DNA from: an uncultured bacterium
GTDB taxonomy: Bacteria; Deinococcota; Deinococci; Deinococcales; Trueperaceae
Length of the DNA: 44,655 bases
NCBI GenBank assembly: GCA_964411415.1
Contig: CAYPKV010000002.1
Span: 1-44,655 of the forward strand
Direction: 5' to 3'
Positions 42,307 to 44,655 of the stretch are shown in pieces (position 1 is the stretch's first letter; each line of letters begins with the position of its first letter). The notes under the pieces are model-generated. The model worked only from the letters and a program-made list of their open reading frames with translations, ran no database searches and was not told where the DNA came from. A program made the translations under genes and the position numbers.

Positions 42307-43299
42307 ATGCGAGCACTCCGGAAGATACTCATTCCACTGTCAGCTGCACTGGCTTTAAGTGCCTGTGGTGCGGGCGGCGACAACACACCGCCACCCGGCG
42401 GCGGTGGCGGCACCGGATACACCGGCACGCTGATAGGTAACGGCACCAGTCAGGTGCACACCTGGGACCTGGCCCGCAGCAACGACTGGCTCACCAGGCT
42501 CAGCTTCTCGAATTACGATGTCGTCGCCCTCAACGTGGCGGCGGCCGAACTGTTCGTCGCAGGCCTCGACATGGTCGACCCGCTTGACGTCCGTGTCTAC
42601 GACCTCAGTACGTTCGGCCTGAAACGCCAGTGGCTCTGGCCCGATACGGAAGAACTGTGGCGCGTTGAAGGCCTGTCGGTGTCACCCGACGGTACGCATG
42701 CAGCTGCGATCCTCTCAGCGCTCGGAGACCCGTTCCTCGAAGTGATCAACATCGCTGACGAACGGATCGTGATGACGAACTTCACAGCCATGGCATCGAC
42801 CGACATGGAGTGGGTGAGCAACACCGAGCTCATGTTCGCGATGGAAACAGCTGAGTACGACGTTCCGTACCACGGTGCGATTGTGAAGATGGACCTGAGC
42901 GACCCGATAAGCGGCACCGGTACGGAACTGCGTTTCGACGTGCTGGCCGGCTTCAGTCAGGCTGAGTGGGGCACGGTGCACAGCTACCGGCTGTCCCACG
43001 ATGGCAGTCAGCTGGTGTTCGCCCGGGCTGGCGACATCTGGGTGAAAGACCTCGCTGACCCGGACTCCCCGCCTCATCAGCTGACCACCGGTCCGACAAC
43101 ACTGGCCGGTGCTGCCTTCTCACCTGATGGCAGCTGGCTGGCTTTCGTGGAGTTCCATCCCTACGGGCTTGAGCAGACTTTCGTCATCCCGAACCACCGT
43201 GGAGCGCCGATCCTGATCGACTCTCAGACCATGCCAGGCCGGGTGTGGCGCATCGAAGACGGCAACCTGATGGAGGAGATACTGGTCTGGTTGCCTTGA
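42307..43299 (+). CDS. Lipoprotein with TolB-like (PD40) beta-propeller repeats
   Basis: The lipobox is ALSA|C, followed by a G/P-rich linker. The PD40-like repeats are 'SVSPDGTHAA', 'LSHDGSQLVFARAGDIWV' and 'FSPDGSWLAFVE'. Confidence 0.65.
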   Translation: MRALRKILIPLSAALALSACGAGGDNTPPPGGGGGTGYTGTLIGNGTSQVHTWDLARSNDWLTRLSFSNYDVVALNVAAAELFVAGLDMVDPLDVRVYDLSTFGLKRQWLWPDTEELWRVEGLSVSPDGTHAAAILSALGDPFLEVINIADERIVMTNFTAMASTDMEWVSNTELMFAMETAEYDVPYHGAIVKMDLSDPISGTGTELRFDVLAGFSQAEWGTVHSYRLSHDGSQLVFARAGDIWVKDLADPDSPPHQLTTGPTTLAGAAFSPDGSWLAFVEFHPYGLEQTFVIPNHRGAPILIDSQTMPGRVWRIEDGNLMEEILVWLP

Positions 43300-43308
43300 C
43301 TGACCAGT

Positions 43309-43899
43309 TCAGTGCCAGCCCGCTCCGGGCCCGCTGAACTGGTACATACGGTCACGAAGCGTTGCTGACTCACCCACGCTGATGGTGATCGTACGGGTCT
43401 CCATGCACGCCCGTACTACCGGTCCCTGCAGGCCCGTTGGATCGTGTACGGCCATCTCGCCCTCGCGGATCACCTGGTTGTCACCGCGCTTCAGACCCAA
43501 CTGATCGGCAAACTCCTGAAGTCCGGCCAGGCGTGGGTCGCGCCCGGTCGGGCGCTGTTCCGGCGCCGCGATGTGCGCCACCACACTCGGGTGATCGACA
43601 GGCAGGATTGTCACTACCGTCCTCCCGGCTGTGTCGTAGACGGCCGGAATCTTGCGATCGCCGTAGCTCAGCAGCCACAGTTCCCTGCTGCCGGACTGTT
43701 TCTCCAGCATGGTACCTTCGCGCCGTTCGATGCGGCGGACCAGCTGCGCCAGGTCAGCTTTCGTGAGCCCAGTACCAAGCCGCTCCGCAGCACGCTGGGC
43801 AGTGTGTGCCCGTGCGTTGACCGTGTCGCGCCGCTTCGGCTGCTTACCCCGGTAAAGGTTCGGAGCAGGTCGCAGCTGTTTCGGTTTCTTCCTGGCCAT
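43309..43899 (-). CDS. Hypothetical protein: basic N-terminus, DUF4258-like (toxin-fold) segment and an unknown C-terminal domain
   Basis: The segment 'AHTAQRAAERLGTGLTKADLAQLV...ELWLLSYGDRKIPAVYDTAGRTVVTILP' follows the DUF4258 pattern (HAxxRMxxRGI...VVy...viTvy). I cannot recognise the last roughly 95 aa. Confidence 0.4.
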   Translation of the reverse strand: MARKKPKQLRPAPNLYRGKQPKRRDTVNARAHTAQRAAERLGTGLTKADLAQLVRRIERREGTMLEKQSGSRELWLLSYGDRKIPAVYDTAGRTVVTILPVDHPSVVAHIAAPEQRPTGRDPRLAGLQEFADQLGLKRGDNQVIREGEMAVHDPTGLQGPVVRACMETRTITISVGESATLRDRMYQFSGPGAGWH

Positions 43900-43921
43900 G
43901 AGAGCGGACTGCGTTCCGGCC

Positions 43922-44215
43922 TCAGCGGCCTCTGTGCATCGCTTCCACTGCGAGTTTCGCGTCCCTCAGACCAGCACCGGTCAGTTCACGGTAGCGCTTG
44001 ATCGCAGCGATAAGCTTGTTGGCTGCCAGCAGCTCCAGCAGCTCCGGGTCGTGTTCAGGGCCGGCAGGTGCCGCTGCGGCACCCTTGGCGGAAACCTGGA
44101 GTTTGCCCGCGGCCGGCTGCGCACTGCCGACGCGTTCGCCCAGCCTGGCGAACAGTTCCTCGAGTGCTGCTACGCGGATCTGCAGGTCCCTGATGATCTC
44201 GTCTGTGCTGGCCAT
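43922..44215 (-). CDS. Small protein: N-terminal coiled coil, A/G/P linker and ribosomal L7/L12 C-terminal-domain-like motif
   Basis: The segment 'ELLAANKLIAAIKRYRELTGAGLRDAKLAVEAM' matches the L7/L12 CTD-like helix pair. TAGCAT ends 5 nt before the ATG, so the transcript may be leaderless. Confidence 0.55.
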   Translation of the reverse strand: MASTDEIIRDLQIRVAALEELFARLGERVGSAQPAAGKLQVSAKGAAAAPAGPEHDPELLELLAANKLIAAIKRYRELTGAGLRDAKLAVEAMHRGR

Positions 44216-44281
44216 AGCCGATGCTAACCTGAAGCTTCACGAACCGCGGTGCCCAGGTGCCGCACCGGAGGGAGCCGAAGG

Positions 44282-44655
44282 TTGTACGTCCCCACCCGCT
44301 ATGTGGACAGTGATCAAGACCGTGTACTGCAGTTCATGCGCAGCAACTCGTTCGCAGCCGTAGTCTCCTCGGGCGCTGCCAGCCCTGTCGCGACCCACCT
44401 GCCACTGAGTTTCTCAGGTCCGCCTGAACGGCTCGTCCTGCGTGGTCACTTCGCGAAAGCGAATCCGCACTGGCAGTTGATCGCTGACTCTGAAACCCTG
44501 GTCATCTTCACAGGTCCGCACGCCTACATAACGCCGAAATGGTACGACCGCTTCGAGAGCGTACCCACCTGGAACTACCTGAGCGTGCACGCGTACGGCC
44601 AGGCGCGCCTGACCGCCGCCGGGGAGACACGCCAGGGGCTGCTGGACCTGTTCGA
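44282..44655 (+). CDS. paiB: PaiB-family FMN-binding negative transcriptional regulator (3' end lies outside the window)
   Basis: GGAGGGAG precedes the TTG at 44282. The translation reads (M)YVPTRYVDSDQDRVLQFMRSNSFAAVVSS...VATHLPLSF...HFAKANPHW...FTGPHAYITPKWY. The frame stays open to the window end. Confidence 0.75.
   Translation, partial: MYVPTRYVDSDQDRVLQFMRSNSFAAVVSSGAASPVATHLPLSFSGPPERLVLRGHFAKANPHWQLIADSETLVIFTGPHAYITPKWYDRFESVPTWNYLSVHAYGQARLTAAGETRQGLLDLF

Noticed and set aside
1-44655. CRISPR arrays, IS elements, integrases, prophage genes, and rRNA, tRNA or tmRNA genes
   Set aside because: No regularly spaced direct repeats were seen, no transposase, integrase or phage-like translations, and no intergenic region is long enough (maximum about 325 nt) or structured like a stable RNA gene. 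I conclude they are absent, within the limits of inspection by eye.

Overview
The window is GC-rich and gene-dense, with about 40 protein genes. I found no rRNA, tRNA, CRISPR array, transposase, integrase or prophage signal. Gene content points to a Deinococcus-Thermus (Deinococcota) chromosome, which is inference only. The pointers are an SLH/coiled-coil/beta-barrel outer-membrane tether, a Thermus AmpT-like M29 aminopeptidase, many lipobox proteins, and -10 boxes abutting start codons. Most genes are ordinary housekeeping or accessory functions. These include CopA, an orphan family-5 solute-binding protein, an M20 amidohydrolase, GGT, an SDR, a NUDIX hydrolase, a GNAT, a Cof-type HAD, Usp, YpfJ, an M29 aminopeptidase, PaiB, an SRPBCC protein, a CAP-domain protein, a tsdB-tsdA-like dihaem cytochrome pair, a RIO-type kinase and a BceRS/BceAB-like module. 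The most interesting part is an envelope and signalling neighbourhood at about 1.5-5.4 kb and 9.4-21.3 kb. It holds two roughly 1135-aa PKD/Ig-repeat lipoproteins and three paralogous copies of a roughly 130-aa mini beta-barrel module, one of them fused to SLH plus coiled coil. It also holds an S8 lipoprotein protease translationally coupled to a TPR/HD-GYP protein, and two tandem paralogous regulators with an unusual architecture: N-terminal domain, degenerate GGDEF-like domain, receiver-like domain and LuxR HTH. I read this as a candidate c-di-GMP-linked cell-surface system that I cannot assign to any named system. Other points of note:
- An 18-codon upstream ORF behind the best sigma70-like promoter in the window, ahead of the RIO kinase.
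- A CsoR-type-looking C/G-tract palindrome at the copA promoter.
- A 49-nt perfect intragenic repeat in copA.
- A peptide duplication in the protease conserved only at the protein level.
- A DUF4258-like two-gene cassette.
- A truncated permease at the left edge.
All calls come from reading the translations and sequence by eye. No searches were run.
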